Shown here in pieces: positions 25,592 to 39,285 of a stretch of 64,000 nt of DNA; position 1 is the stretch's first letter, and each line of letters opens with the position of its first letter. The notes under the pieces are model-generated. The model was not told where the DNA came from, ran no database searches, and saw nothing but the letters and a program-made list of their open reading frames with translations. The position numbers were made by a program, and so were the translations under genes. Source of the DNA: Malacoraja senta (taxonomy: Eukaryota); contig CM075991.1 in the NCBI GenBank assembly GCA_038087875.1, forward strand, positions 7,256,001 through 7,320,000. Reading direction: 5' to 3'.

Positions 25592-26166
25592 TTTTTTTAA
25601 TTAAATTTTTTTTTAAATTTTTTTATTAGAAGTAAGTACAATTGTATACAATCATATTTTCATAATACATTTTATGTACAGCTTCTTATTTTTTTATTAT
25701 AATAAAGAAGGAAAAGAAAAAGAAATTAGATAATAAAGTATAGAAAAATGTGAGATATATAGTGTGTGGAAAAGAAAAATAGAAAGTGAAAGAAGAAAGT
25801 TAAAGAATAGAAAATAGGAAAAAGAGAATAAAAGAAAAAAAAGGAAGAAAAAGAAAAAAGAACTAAGGAGATCTTATTTATGATCTTGACCATCCCTCGC
25901 CCAGTCACGAGTTAGCTTTTACAATTGTGTTGCACCATATGATTCCAAAAAGACGACAAATGGAGACCAACTCGTTATGAATTGGTCAAATTTATCTATT
26001 AAGAGGAATCGCATTTCCTCAAGATGTGCGGTGTCCAACATGCAATCCACATTTTGAGCGTTGGTATTGGTGTATTTTTCCAAAATTTAAGTATTAATTT
26101 TTTTGCTATTATTAAACCATAATTAAGAAATATTCTTTGAGATGGATTCAATTTATTCCCATCTAT
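25592..26166 (-). mobile_element. L1-clade 3' stub
   Basis: 14-bp TSD TTGTTGATGTGCTT (25578-25591; 26167-26180); poly(T); minus strand encodes ..NYGLIIAKKLILKFWK..PTLKMWI..WSPF, homologous to the ORF at 8753-10242. Confidence 0.9.
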
Positions 26167-26685
26167 TTGTTGATGTGCTTAATCAGCATTCTGATGACGA
26201 CATGGATGGACATGGATTAGACTCCTTCAATGTGTGACTCAGCCACCATCTCAGTAACTGCATGCTTACAGCACAGACAGGAGCCCTTCAATCCATTATA
26301 TCTAAACCCACAATAGTCAATGCTACCTTTATATCTTCAAACATTAACTTTTTCCAGTTGAAATATGCAAGAGGTTTGTGCCTCGAACTCTCTCTTTGTT
26401 ATCAGGTCCATTTTTCACAGCTTTGTTTATTACATAAATAAGTCTTTCCTTCATTATCACAGTGACTAGGTCAATTGTGGCACCATTGACATGGATTCTT
26501 CCGCGTTCACCCTCTCAGGGCTCAGCATTTTAAGACATCCAGGCAAATTCTTCATATAGCCAATGTGTGGGATGCAGTTGACACTGTTGAAGGAACTGCC
26601 AACTTCCTAAGAAATACACATGAAAAGGAGAAATATTAAGAATATTATTTACATTGAGGAACTGAGCAACTAAGTTGCTCGCAAG

Positions 26686-26898
26686 GACACAAAGTGCTGG
26701 AGTAACTCAGCAGGTCATGCAGCATCTCTGTAGAGCCGGGATAGGTGACATTTTAGGTGGGAACTTTCTTTAGACTGATTGCAGGTTCCTGACCCAAAAT
26801 ATCACTTATCCATGTTCTCCGGAGATGCTGCCTGACCCGCTGAGTTACTCCACCACTTTGTGTCTTTTTCTAAACCAGCATGTGCAGTGTCTTGTTTC
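26686..26898. mobile_element. Older Penelope-like inverted pair
   Basis: Degenerate inverted arms of the same repeat. Confidence 0.65.
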
Positions 26899-26901
26899 TA
26901 A

Positions 26902-27484
26902 AGGCTCTGTCTTACGTGTTTGCGGTCATCGGCGGTGAAGCACGGCTTCGCCTGTAGAGTGGACCGCACGGCAACGGCGAGAGCGCCGAGCCTATCCAGG
27001 GGAGCGCCGCACGGATGCTGCGCGGGGGCCGAGTGATTCTAATACGGCTGGTCCCACATGCTTGCGGTAAGTAAAAAAAAGGGCGGGCCCACTGCGATGA
27101 TGTCGGCCCGCCGCACGTGACTCACTAGCGGCGGCTGTGGCGGCGGCCGTCCTGATCGCGGCGCTGTAGCGGTGGCTGTGCCTGCGGCCGTGCCGCACAC
27201 GTGCCTCACTGGTGGAGGCTGTGGCAGTGGAAGTTTGACGCACGGCGCTCGAGCCACACTGGCGGCGGCCCGTGCGGGCGGCCGTGCCGCACTCGTGCAT
27301 GACTGGTGGAGGTTGTGTGGTAAGAATATAGTTTTCAACAGTGTAGGTTTTATTTTAGCACCGTGCGGTGTTGGGAACACCGCCGCACCACCCCGGAATT
27401 GTGCATTCTCACGAGTGCGCGGTCTATGGTGGCAGATTCTTCCCGTTTCGTCGCCAATGACCGCAGACTCGTGAGACAGGCCTT
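26902..27484. mobile_element. GC-rich PIF/Harbinger-type MITE
   Basis: Imperfect TIR AGGCTCTGTCTTACGTGTTTGCGGTCATCGGCG / CGCCAATGACCGCAGACTCGTGAGACAGGCCTT; TAA at 26899-26901 and 27485-27487. Confidence 0.82.
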
Positions 27485-28344
27485 TAACTAAGCTGATGGA
27501 GCTAGTTTGTTGCACTTTTTCTTAGTTTAATTGATAGACAAGTAATAGAGAAGAGTGAAACAGCAAAATAAAAATCAGAGTTCGCTGTGTAACACTCTTC
27601 CTGCAAATAGAGATACAAACTCAATAATGCAGCACTATTTGTTTAGACGGACATATTTCTGGGGCACTCTTCAACTCCTGTCAACCCTGTTGTAAATAAA
27701 CGTGACATATTCCTAGGAGATTGACTGTTGACACATTCCGTTGGATATGTTGGGAAAATGGAATCTCCTCGAAATGTATATTTGCTTCGATGTACTTGGC
27801 AATCATTTTAATTTTGGGATGGGGAGAATTTAGGCAAAAGTGTGAGCTGATAGAGAGGAAGTGCAGAACATTAGCGGCTGGAACATGAGTGAATAGAACA
27901 AACAATTGTGAAATTGACTGGAAGGATTGAGAAGGGAACGTAAATTGTGCTCAGGAAGAGAAATAATGAGAAAGACAAGACGAAGTTGGAAAGAAAAAGA
28001 TAAAAACAAAGTTATATAAATATTGTATATTTAAAAAACGTCAACAATAATTAAAATATGATCAAATCAGATTATATACGAAACATCAATTTCAATGCTA
28101 GGGATTTGTCTGCCAGTAATTGGCACTTCATATTGATAAATGTAATGAATTTATTTTCCGTGGATGCTGTGTTTGTATCTGTTGGGCCCATATAGTAAAG
28201 TCTTGGCCTTGAATATATTTTGGTGATGAGTCACTCATTGAGACATTGAGACAAACTCACGGCAGAGTGGTAGTATGCTTTGAACACTTACAATTAATCT
28301 TGGGATCCATCCTCACCAAAAGCATTGTTAGCGCTGAGCACTAA

Positions 28345-28896
28345 AGGGGCTGTCCCACTTGGGCGACCTAATTGGCGAGTTTAGAAGTGTTTGAAAAAAT
28401 GACATGTTGAAGATCTCCTCTGACTATGTGGAAGACCTCCTTCAACTATGTTGAAGACCAGCTTCGACTAGCTACGACTGACTTCGGGAAAATTGGACAC
28501 CGAATAGTGGAGAGTGAAGACGACCTCCTTCGATCTCCTTCGACCTCCCTTCGACTATGATGAAGACTATCTACGACTACCTTCGACTACCCTCGATTAC
28601 CTACGACTAACATGCCGACCTACTATGACCTACTACGACCTATTACGACTAAACCTACGAGTAAATAAAGTATCGCTTTTTTCCATGGTGACCTTTTTTT
28701 ACACGTGGGCATTTTTTAACATATTGAAAAATACGCCGCGACCTAGCTGAGGCCTCGAGTACACGGAGACCACTCTCGAGCATGAAGGAGAGTTACGAAG
28801 ACCTCCTACGACCTCGTGTCGACCATGCTGCGAGTATGAGACGAGGACAAACTCGCCAGAACTCGCGGATTAGGTCGCCCAAGTGGGACAGCCCCT
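28345..28896 (+). mobile_element. PIF/Harbinger-type MITE with internal CGAC(T/C) subrepeats
   Basis: TIR AGGGGCTGTCCCACTTGGGCGACCTAAT; TAA flanks. Confidence 0.9.
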
Positions 28897-30722
28897 ATAA
28901 GTCTTGGTGCTATTTTAAAAGCAAATTCTGGGCTATCATATGCTACCTAAAAATGTTGCCTTTCTTTTCTATTGGTAATACAGTTCTGGAAAACAGACTG
29001 CTTTCAAGTCATCAATTACAAAAGAAGCTTTAAACTATTGTAAACTACATGCACGACATTGATGATGCAGATTTGCAAGCAAATGCCATGCTGAAGACTA
29101 TAGATTGTAACAATGCAACACTAAAATCTCTATGGTCTGTCAGAGCAACTCAGCAAGGCTCAATGAACAGCGGAGGGAAATAGGAAATCGCAAGAGCAAG
29201 AAATTGGCAGATTGGGTTGACCTCTGTTGCTTTACGCTAACCCTAAATCACACAACGGGGATTTGGAATTTGATATCAGGGAGTTTTAGTTCTCCTGGTA
29301 CTATCTTTATTATCTATAAAAAGTTGAGCTGAACTTAGCTACATGTAATGTTCATTGATTGTGACAAGTTTCAGTTCTCCCAGTCTTTCTCTCAGTCTTT
29401 TGTTTTTCTATTGTACAACTTAAGGTTACAGGAAAAAACAACCTTGTCAAATCTTATCATTGATTTGCTTTTACTTTGAAGATCCATAGTGGTTTGGTGT
29501 TTGGAAGTGTACAACTAAAATAGCCAATGAATTGTGCATGTCAGTATACTGACTTTCTTAAAGTTTCCTCAAAATAGAGCAGTATCTCACAGTAACCGAC
29601 GGAGAAAGGTTGGCAGAGTTTTTCGGGAGTGAATGTCGGCCATAATCTGCCATCAAAAAGCTTAATGGCACTTACTGCTATCGATGTACACTATCTGCTG
29701 TACAATCAGTTGTTCGTAAGTTCATAAATCACAGGAGTAGAATTATACCATTCGGCCCATCGAGTCTACTCCACCATTCAATCGTGGCTGATCTATCTTT
29801 CTCCCTTCAACCCCATTTCCCAACCTTCTCCCCGTAACCTTTTGCATCTGTACTGGTCAAGAACCTGTCAATCTCTGTTTTGTAGATACCAGGTGAAGCT
29901 GGAAAAATTAAGCTCCTTAAAGTTTGGTTTAAAAAAAAACTAGATTCTTGGGATAAATAAGAAACAATGTGTGTGTGGCATTTTAACACCATAAAATGTA
30001 CATTGAAATATATTGTCGAAGATGGTAAATAGCTAATTATAACACCATGAGAAATAGAAGCATGAATAGACCATTCAGCCTCTTGCATTCACTCTGCTGC
30101 TGTATAAGATCATGGATTATCTTTCATCTGAGCTTTCCTAGCCCATATCCCTTCCTATCCAAAATAAAAGCACATTAATCTATCTTGAAAGTACCCACAA
30201 CATAATCTCCTTGGGCAGAGAGTTACATCTCTGGCCTGAATAACCAACCATTTATTTTGAGATTGTAACTCCTGGTTTTGGATACTCCAACCATGGGAAA
30301 TACCATCCCCGCATCTACCACCCCTATAGGAATTTTGCATTAGATCACATCTTGCTCTTCTCAAATCTAGAGTTCACCTCATCTATTTAATCTCGCCTAA
30401 TAGAATAATCACCCCATCTCACGACTTAATCTGGTGAAAGTTTTGTGAACGTCTATGATATCATTCCTTACATTGGAAGACCCAACCAGTAGACACTATT
30501 CTCTCTGCAGTCTGATAAAGGCTCTAATTGCTTTTGTGAAGCCCGTGGCAATATGTGCATTATCACAGCAGTTAGCATTAAGTATTCTACAGTTTACGAA
30601 CTCAGAATGGATGTCTATTTCTTCCTCATAGAAATGAAGAAATGAATGGTGCTGTGAAAGTTTTCTTTAAGATTTTGCACTTTTGCAGTATTTTTGACTG
30701 TGAATGAATGACTCAAATATGT

Positions 30723-31268
30723 AAGTGCCTGTCCCACTTGGGCGACCTAATCCGCGAGTTCTGGTGAGTTTGCCCTTGACTCATACTCGCAGCATCTTCA
30801 TAACTAAGAGGTCTTCGTAACTCTCCTTCATGCTCGAGAGTGGTCTCTGCGTACTCGAGGCCTCAGCTAGGTCGCGGCATTTTTTTCAATATGTTAAAAA
30901 ATGCCCGTGAGTAAAAAAAGGTCGCTATGGAAAAAATCAATACTTTTTTTACTCATAGGTTTAGTCGTAGTAGGTCGTAGTAGGTCGGCACGTTAGTCGT
31001 CGGTAATCGAGGGTAGTCGAAGGTAGTCGTAGATAGTCTTCATCATAGTCGAAGGGAGGTCGAAGGAGATCGAAGGAGGTCATCTTCACTCTCCACTATT
31101 CAGTGTCCAATTTTCCCGAAGTTAGTTGTAGCTAGTCGAAGATAGTCTTCAACATAGTCGAAGGAAGTCGAAGGAGGTCTTCTACATAGTCGAAGGAGGT
31201 CTTCAACATGTCATTTTTTCAAACTCTTCTAAACTCGCCAATTAGGTTGCCCAAGTGGGACAGCCCCT
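30723..31268 (-). mobile_element. Same MITE family as 28345-28896, opposite orientation
   Basis: Near reverse complement along its length; TTA at 31269-31271. Confidence 0.88.
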
Positions 31269-32527
31269 TTAGTATTTTGTTATATTGGTTGAGGATCAAT
31301 AGTGTCCATGCTCTCGATTATTCTTTGAAACAACTTCATGAGATTTATTAAGGTCACCTGAATGGATGGATGGGTCTTAGGCTCAATTTTTAATCTGACA
31401 GTTGAACATTCCATTTGCACTATTAACTGTAGCCCAGTTTTATGCTTATTATTTCTAGATCGGAGCCAAGTTTTTTGAATTGGTTGTTGAATTAAAACAT
31501 CAGACTCGGATGAGGGTTGTCCACTGAGGCACAGCTGACACTAGTGGGCTTTACTTCGGATAGAGAATGAATAACCACCAAGGAAGGAAGAATGGGGCAG
31601 CAGATTAATTCCCCCACAGTCATATGGCACAGCAAACTTGAACGCCCATGAACGAAGAAGATGGCAAAAAATGGTGAACACTGTTCGGTCCATTATGGAT
31701 ACTGACCTTCCCACCATCAACAGTCGCTGTCTCAAAAAGGCAGCCTACCATCTACCTCATTGGAGACCCTTGGACTATCTTTAATTGGACTTTACCAGAC
31801 ACTAAAAGTTATTCCCTTTATCCTGTCTCCATACACTGTATATGGCTTGGTTGTAATCATGTGTAATCTTTCTGCTGACAGGCACACGTGACAATAAATA
31901 AAACTAACCAGTGGACATTCTTAACTGTTGACTCTTGACTATGAAGGTTTTCTTTTAAATACAACTGTCCTCACATAGTAATGATACCCACCCCTTGATT
32001 GTTCCCTCACTTTCCCCGTCAGCCCATTCCCTCCCACGTTTGTTGCAACATCTGACGGCCACATCTCTCCAAGTCGCCTCCTTTCCTCTTTTCTCTTCCG
32101 CAACTATCCAGTAGCGACTGTGGCCAGTGCTGCCACCAGTCAGCCACCTGGGAGTGTTGCAGTTATTTGCAGCCTGTTGCCCCCATTCAACCGAGGTGAA
32201 CTCCAATACTGAACACACCATGCACTTAGCTAATCTTTGTTCCCTGCAACCCATGCTTATAGAAAAATAAAATGACATAGGACTTGAACACGTTCCTTGC
32301 ACTCAATAAATTATTTTGAGATCCTTGTGCTTTTCACCTTGATTACTTCGCTTAGGTTTAACCTAGTGAAGCCGATTGCCTGCCAGTTATGGAGTCATCA
32401 TTTACTTTCATTCCATATTTTTATACTATGCCCTACAATGTGCTGATTTTTTTTTTGGAAAGCATCTTGCATGACAGTCATTTTTGGGCACAACAAGGTA
32501 CCATAGGCAACATAACTGATGGGAAGT

Positions 32528-32897
32528 GCAGGAAGGAACTGCAGATGCGGGTTTAAACCGAAGATAGACACAAAATGCTGGAGTAACTCTGCGGGACAGG
32601 CAGCATCTGTGGAGAGAAGGAATGGGTAATATTTCGGGTCGAGACCCGTCTTTGGAGTAGTTAGGGGAAAGGGAAATGAGAGATATCGACGATGATTTAG
32701 AGAGATAAAGAACAATAAATTAAAATTATGCAAAAAGGTGACGATGATAAAGGAAACAGGCCATTGTTAGCTGCTTGTTGGGTGAAAATGAGAAGCTGGT
32801 GCGACTAGTGGTAGAGGGGGAGGGATAGAGAGAGGGAATGCCGGGGTTACTTCAAGTTAGAGAAATCAATATGCATACTACTGGGCTGTTAGCTGCA
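32528..32897 (-). mobile_element. Penelope-like element 3' end: ORF C-terminus plus pLTR
   Basis: Minus strand ..QPSSMHIDFSNLK* resembling the PLE GIY-YIG C-terminal (P.G.N) end, followed by the hammerhead-type repeat; similar ORF end at 22961-23060(+). Confidence 0.7.
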
Positions 32898-34120
32898 GGT
32901 TTTTGTTCTTTCTTACAGCTTTTGAAATAGTTCTTTACAAACATTGCTGCTCTGAAATCTGTGTAACAATCAGACAAAGTTGTAGTTATCATCAAAACTG
33001 AAGGATGACACTTGAAAGCGGTTGCAATCACACAGCACCATTCTAAGTGCACTAAAGTCTGGGAGAAAATGTCAGAATAAATCTCACTAATGGGTTTAAT
33101 TTGTTCTGAATATTTTGTTTGAGAAACAAATCAAAACCAAGTCACTTGTAGTTTTGTGGATCACCCTTGCCCTTGTTTATCACTGATTCATGTAACTGAT
33201 ACCTCACATGTTTAACCCATTTGTACACCCCAAAAAGGGATCATGACAGAAGCCTCCTCGTGGCGATCCCTGGAAGCGACGACGCGATGCACTCTGTGAC
33301 GCGTAGGGCGACAATTCTGTCAACATGTTGGACGACGTCAGAAGCCAACAGCGAGCTACATCATCTGACACATGAACGAACGAACACCCCAAATGCCTCA
33401 AATAAACATCAAACATAATGTAACACTTTTTGACACACATTGCCATACGTAACCAAACGGATGATCAAGAAGGAAGCTTCTAAAGACTGCCTCAAAGAGA
33501 ATTAGGTGGGGAATCCCAAACTTAGAACCGAGTCAAAGGAAGGCATCTATAGTGGGGAATATTCAATATGCCAGTATTGAAGGAACAGGAAGATGTTGGA
33601 GGAGGGTAAAGCTTGAGAGAAGTAACATCATGAAGAAGTTTGAAAATAAGGTTAACTTCAAAGCTGAAGCAATGCTGGACTGGAATCAGTGTTGGTCAAA
33701 AATGTGATCATTGAATGGTGGTGGAGGCAGATATGATAGTGGTGTTTGAGAGGCTTTTAGACAGGCACATAGCTAGGCAAAGAGGTTAATTTAATTTGGC
33801 ATCATGTTTGGCACAGGCCAAACAGCCTGTTCTTGTTCTGCACTGTTCTATGCTCTATGTGTGGTGGCATTCAATCTCCATGCTTTTGATCAAAGCGTGG
33901 CTGGTCAACAAACAGTAATTCAATGATGTGGAATAGTTACGTTTTTAATGTAACTTGTTGCTCATACCCCCCATCCCCCCCCCCCCCCACCACAAAATCT
34001 TTAAAACCAGGTTCTCTCAGAATTATATGATTGTCAAGTTAATGTATATTTCATGAGAACAACGCATAACAAACAAGCTTGCAACAATTCTCTTTGCATT
34101 GTGTATGATTATATAGGTAA

Positions 34121-34708
34121 CTAGACTATGTGGGACCCGTTGGGTCCCAGCTTCACACGGGAGGGCTGGTCCCCCAACGCAATATTCCACCTCTCCACCA
34201 ATTCCAATATTGCTGGCCGGTGGGGGGTGCTTTCTGGAGAGCTAGTATGTGTGTTGTGGGCCAAAGGGAGTGGTTTCCATATCACATAAAACCATATAAA
34301 TCCACATAAAACCATATAAAACCACATAAAGCACATAAAGGGCACTCACAGTTCAGTAGACACTCAGTGTTGTGTAGATTCCCAGCTCAGACTGAGAGTC
34401 GTGGCCTCTCCCTCGCCATCTTGCAGCGACTGAGCTACGTCCAGACTTCCGGGTTTATAGTCCCTCCCCCCGGAAGGGGCGTGGTCTTCATCGCGGTGAT
34501 TGATAGGAGAGAGAATCTCAAGATTTGTTAAACACTAATAACTCTTTTATTTTTCACCGATGGGAAAAATCCTCGGGACCTGATCATTGGTGGAGGACTC
34601 TGAGTAAGATGGTCAAAAAATCACAGCCATATATGGTAGCGTTTTTTTCTTAAATCAAACAACAGCGCAAACAGGAAGTGGTCAAGATGAGACTTTTAAT
34701 TATATAGA
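34121..34708 (-). mobile_element. Non-autonomous Helitron
   Basis: Minus strand starts TC (A|TCTATATAATT), ends CTAG|T, subterminal hairpin TGGGACCC-GTT-GGGTCCCA (34131-34149), no TSD. Confidence 0.85.
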
Positions 34709-35651
34709 TGTATTTACTTTGTACTTGACATAACTATAGTTTTAACAAAATGCAGAAAACTTTAACTACTGGACAGGTGGAGCTGTGAATTTTGCACATT
34801 CTGTTTGTTATAAACTATACACCAATTTGTTCATGGCTGAAATGAGTAACTATTACTTGGAGGCAAAGCACAAGATAGTCATCATTTATCAAGTGAATTG
34901 CAAGCAGGCGAAAAATCCAAATGCTGCAATGAAAGACTTGCCTTGTGTGGAATAGCGCAATTAGTTATCATCCCAATTAAGCCCAAGGTCACCACGTCTC
35001 ACACCCTCGCTTCCCCTAATGTTGATCAGGACGTGTGAAATGTACACAAAATGTAATGAAGAGAGATCAACATCAATGACATAATGATGAAGCCAACTTT
35101 TCTCTTTACAAATTCATTCTATGTCATGGTTTTCTCACATACAGATACAATGCAACTCAATTTGTGCAGGAACATCACCAGAAGATGACAATGCAACATT
35201 GTGAAGAACGTCACCCTTTCATTACATCGGTTTAAGTCCAGGAGGTAAGGAAATGGCTGGCTCCAACAAATAGTCCTCTGGTTAAGCTGATGGCTGTGAT
35301 GTAGATAGTCTTGCAGCGACTGTGGTCTCTGGCTGTGATCTTAGGTCATCTTGCAGAGACTTCAACATGTTGCTATGTTCACCCAGATGGTTCACAAATG
35401 TGACTGGCCATGTGCAAACAGTGTTGGCCCTGATAACTATCTTCCTCAAGTGACATCTTAGACAAATTAACATTGAAGTGAAGATGAGCTCTGGTTTCAT
35501 GTGATTCCTTCTGGTTCAATTGCAATCTGATATTGTCTGTCTGAACATAATTAACTCCACCAGTGTCTCTTCTGTGGCAGCATGTGGTGTATTACAACAG
35601 TGAAAGAAGAAGCACACAACTTTTGTCTCAATGTAACCTCCTGTCATCTTT

Positions 35652-36089
35652 CATAGAAATATAGAAACATAGAAAATAGGTGCAGGAGTAGGCCATTCGG
35701 CCCTTCGAGCCTGCACCTCCATTCAATATGATCATGGCTGATCATCCAACTCAGTATCCTGTACCTGCCTTCTCTCCATACCCCCTGATCCCTTTAGCCA
35801 CAAGGGCCACATCTAACTCCCTCTTAAATATAGCCAATGAACTGACCTCAACTACTTTCTGTGGCAGAGAATTCCACAGATTCACCACTCTCTGTGTGAA
35901 AAAAAATATTCTCATCTCGGTCCTAAAAGATTTCCCCCTTATCCTTAAACTGTGACCCCTTGTTCTGGACTTCCCCAACATCGGGAACAATCTTCCTGCA
36001 TCTAGCCTGTCCAACCCCTTAAGAATTTTGTATGTTTCTATAAGGTCCCCCCTCAATCTTCTAAATTCTAGCGAGTACAAGCCGAGTCT
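35652..36089 (-). mobile_element. Young CR1 3' end
   Basis: (CATAGAAA)n tail; RLGLYSLEFRRLRGDLIETYKILKG..GYGEKAGTGY*. Confidence 0.9.
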
Positions 36090-36534
36090 CACAGTCAGGG
36101 CTGTTCTTTCTGCCAGGTCATTTGGAGCTGTGTGATTAAGACGCATGTGCACACACTAGGCTTTATTTATGGAGCCTATTTAAGGTTATTGGACTAGCAA
36201 CAATAGTTCTGAATCATTGACCCAGAGACATGAGTTCAAATCCCATGGCAGCATGGAATTTACATTCAAGTAATTTAATAAATCGGGAATTTTTTTCTTC
36301 AATGAAATGAATCTATGTAATGATGACCGTGATAATTCTCAGATTGTCATTGAAATCTGTCTAATACCCAACAGGGAGAGACATCTGCCATGCTTACCTG
36401 GTTCAGACCCACATATGTGATTGATTCTTAACTATTAGTAAAGCCTAGCCCACTTGGCAAGTCTCACAGAGAAAGTGAGCAATCTGAAGTTGTTGAATAC
36501 GCTATGAGCTTGAAGGGCAGCAAATTGTATCGGT

Positions 36535-36860
36535 AATAATAATAATAATAATGGATGGGATTTATATAGCGCCTTTCTAATACTCAAGGCGCTTTACATC
36601 GCATTATTCATTCACTCCTCAGTCACACTCGGTGGTGGTGAGCTACTTCTGTAGCCACAGCAGCTGCTAATCTGCGCCTACGGCCCCTCCGACCACCACC
36701 AATCACTCACACACATTCACACACATTCACACGCAGGCAAAGGTGGGTGAAGTGTCTTCGACAGTATGCACTCCAAGCGGGATTCGAACCGGCTACCTTC
36801 CGAACCGGCTACCTTCCGGTTGCCAGCCGAACACTTAGCCCATTGCGCCATCTGTCGTCC
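36535..36860 (-). mobile_element. tRNA-derived SINE with L2-type tail (distinct family)
   Basis: Minus strand A-box TGGCGCAATGG, B-box GGTTCGAATCC; tail TGTAAAGCGCCTTGAG..AGGCGCTATATAAAT then (ATT)n; internal 16-bp duplication 36785-36816. Confidence 0.85.
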
Positions 36861-37329
36861 ACGGTAGAATGTTAGCTGATGTCCTTCATACTCACATTCC
36901 TCTTTGCTCCTTGATATATCAGTCCTCCATATTTGTATAGTGTAGTAAGGAACTACAGATGCTGGTTTAAACCGAAGATAGACACAAAAAGCTGGAGTAT
37001 CTCAGCAGGTCAGGCAGCATCTCAGAAGTAAAGGAATAGGTGACGTTTCTGGTCGAGACCCTTCCTCAGATTTCATATTTTCTCCATTGTTCAGCCATCT
37101 GACTCAAGTCAGCACCAAGAACTCCAGAATGTCACTGAGGTACTGACTTGGTCTATCAAAGTTTTGGACTTGGGGGTGGGCTTTCGTCCTGATCAGTTAG
37201 TTTATCTAATTCGTCAAATGTCTTATCTCCTGCTTTGTCTGGTGTTAACTAGATTTTAAAAATCAACTTTTATGTCTTCCCACAAGTTGGCAGCAAAATA
37301 TCAGAGTGTAAAATAGAATATTTTATAGG

Positions 37330-37880
37330 AGAGAGATAAATCGACTGGTGCAAGAACACCAAGCTTGTTCTCAATGTCAGTAAAACCAAGCAACCTCTTG
37401 TTGAATTTAGAAGCGGAAGAGCCATAAATCTGTCTTCATCGATGCAATGGAGAGAGTCAAAAGCTTTAAATTCCTGGGCGTGCATTTCTCTGTAGATCTG
37501 TCCTGAAGATCTACTTCTGAAGATGATAATCATAAAGAGAGCCCAACAATGCCTCTACTTCCATAGAGTATGTCGACAAATATTGTCTTGAACTTCTACA
37601 AGTGTTTAGTTTGGCAACTTGAATGCTCTAACTTGAACCAAGAACGAAGAAGGTTGCAAAAACTGCCCAATCCATCATGGGTATTGACCCCCACCATCAT
37701 AGGGATCTATAGGAGTCTGCCTCAGAATGGCAGCCAGCATCATCAGGGACCAACACCACCCTAGTCCTGCTCTTATTTCACTCCTGCCATCGAGTAGAAG
37801 GTATAGGGACTTGAAAACTGTAATATCCAGGTTCGTAAGCAGCAGCTTCGCAATAACCATCAGGCTATTAAACTCTAAGC
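37330..37880 (+). mobile_element. Degenerate Rex1/Babar-type LINE fragment
   Basis: [31 protein letters not shown] remnants with frameshifts. Confidence 0.75.
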
Positions 37881-39285
37881 TAAGCTTCGAACTGCATGGA
37901 TTTGTGGTATAGTTTTTGTATTTGCATTTATTTTATAGTTGCAGTGCAGAAATGGGACAATGAGTATACCTCTGATTGTGCTTCACATGGATCACCACCT
38001 CGTTTCATGCCGCTGCTTTAATGCATCTCACTAGTCCTTTCTCCATAAATTCAGGAATGGATTAAGGAGCTATTTTCGTCCACCATGAGCAATTTATTTA
38101 TTTATTTATTTTTTATTGCACACTGGAATGGACACTGGTTGAGGAACGTTTTTTTGTTTCCTCTGGGTATGCGAATACTCAGGAAATGACAATAAAGATA
38201 TACAATACAATACAATACAATACTACTTTCTGCAATTTTATGATTCTTCCAAAACCATTTATTTTTGCCTTGATCGATCTTCCATGTGATCATGAGTTCT
38301 ACCGTCCCACCACCCCCTGAGACTTATTAGTGTCTTGAGAAATAAATTTATTCATAGAACATTCATAACCTTGGCCTCCTATTTGACCTCGGTATCTGTG
38401 AAGAGAGAAACAGAATTGATCCGTCATCCAAATTGATACGTGTTCCAATATAAGATCATCAAGCCAAAACTATCATCGTTTCTCCCACTGGAGATGCTGT
38501 CTGACCAGCTGAGTATTTCCAGAATTTTGCTTTTTATCTTGGATTTGCAGCAACAGCTGTATTTGGTTTTTGGAGCAGAATGCAAATTAATATTGCAATG
38601 TGTGAATGGGGAGTCCAAGTGCAGAGATGATTTATTCATAGTCATGGAGTGAGAATGATGAGAAAGTGGATAAGTATTTAAAAATTGTGAGCAGTCGGTC
38701 CGTGCAAATGGAAACTATCTGTCTTCACTGCTTTACGAATCGGTATTGCAAAAGCAGCAAAACCAACATGGGGAGATTAGGGGGTTCCATTTTATCACCA
38801 GCAAGACTTGCTGACTCTCTGTCCACCCCATAATAGCCTAGTAAAAAAAGGAAAGCTGCTACATTTGAAAGAAAAAGTGTTGAAATACATTGGAAGAGGA
38901 GGAAATGAAACGAAGATGATAGCTCGCGGTGCACTGGTTGGATCAATGAATCAAAACATGTCTTGTACACTACAGAATTCAGTGTTTCCAAGGAGCCAAG
39001 TGCAAGTCATTGTGTGTCTCTTTCAGAATCCGTTGCCAAGTGTCATTGCTAGATGACTCAGAGTACTGCTCTCATCTATAGCTGAAGCACATAATTCAGG
39101 ATCAGTTCACGTTTTTCTGAATTAAAGATGACTTTTCTTGGGCATTGACAGTCTGTCACCGTGCTGTCGTTAGGGGGACAAATGCCTTGTTCCCATGCAA
39201 CCGTGGACTTGAATTATCACGATTACAAATTCAACCGTTTAAAAAAAAAAAGTCAAATCTGGCATCAGGCAGTGTTTATTGAGAA

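Noticed and set aside
35145..35245. Candidate exon with good AG and GTAAGG sites
   Set aside because: Stops in all three frames
36775..36860. tRNA gene
   Set aside because: tRNA-like head is attached to a SINE body and tail and has an internal duplication
38725..38850. Minus-strand acceptor-like site and short ORF
   Set aside because: No recognisable protein and no convincing partner exons; a non-coding or UTR exon cannot be excluded
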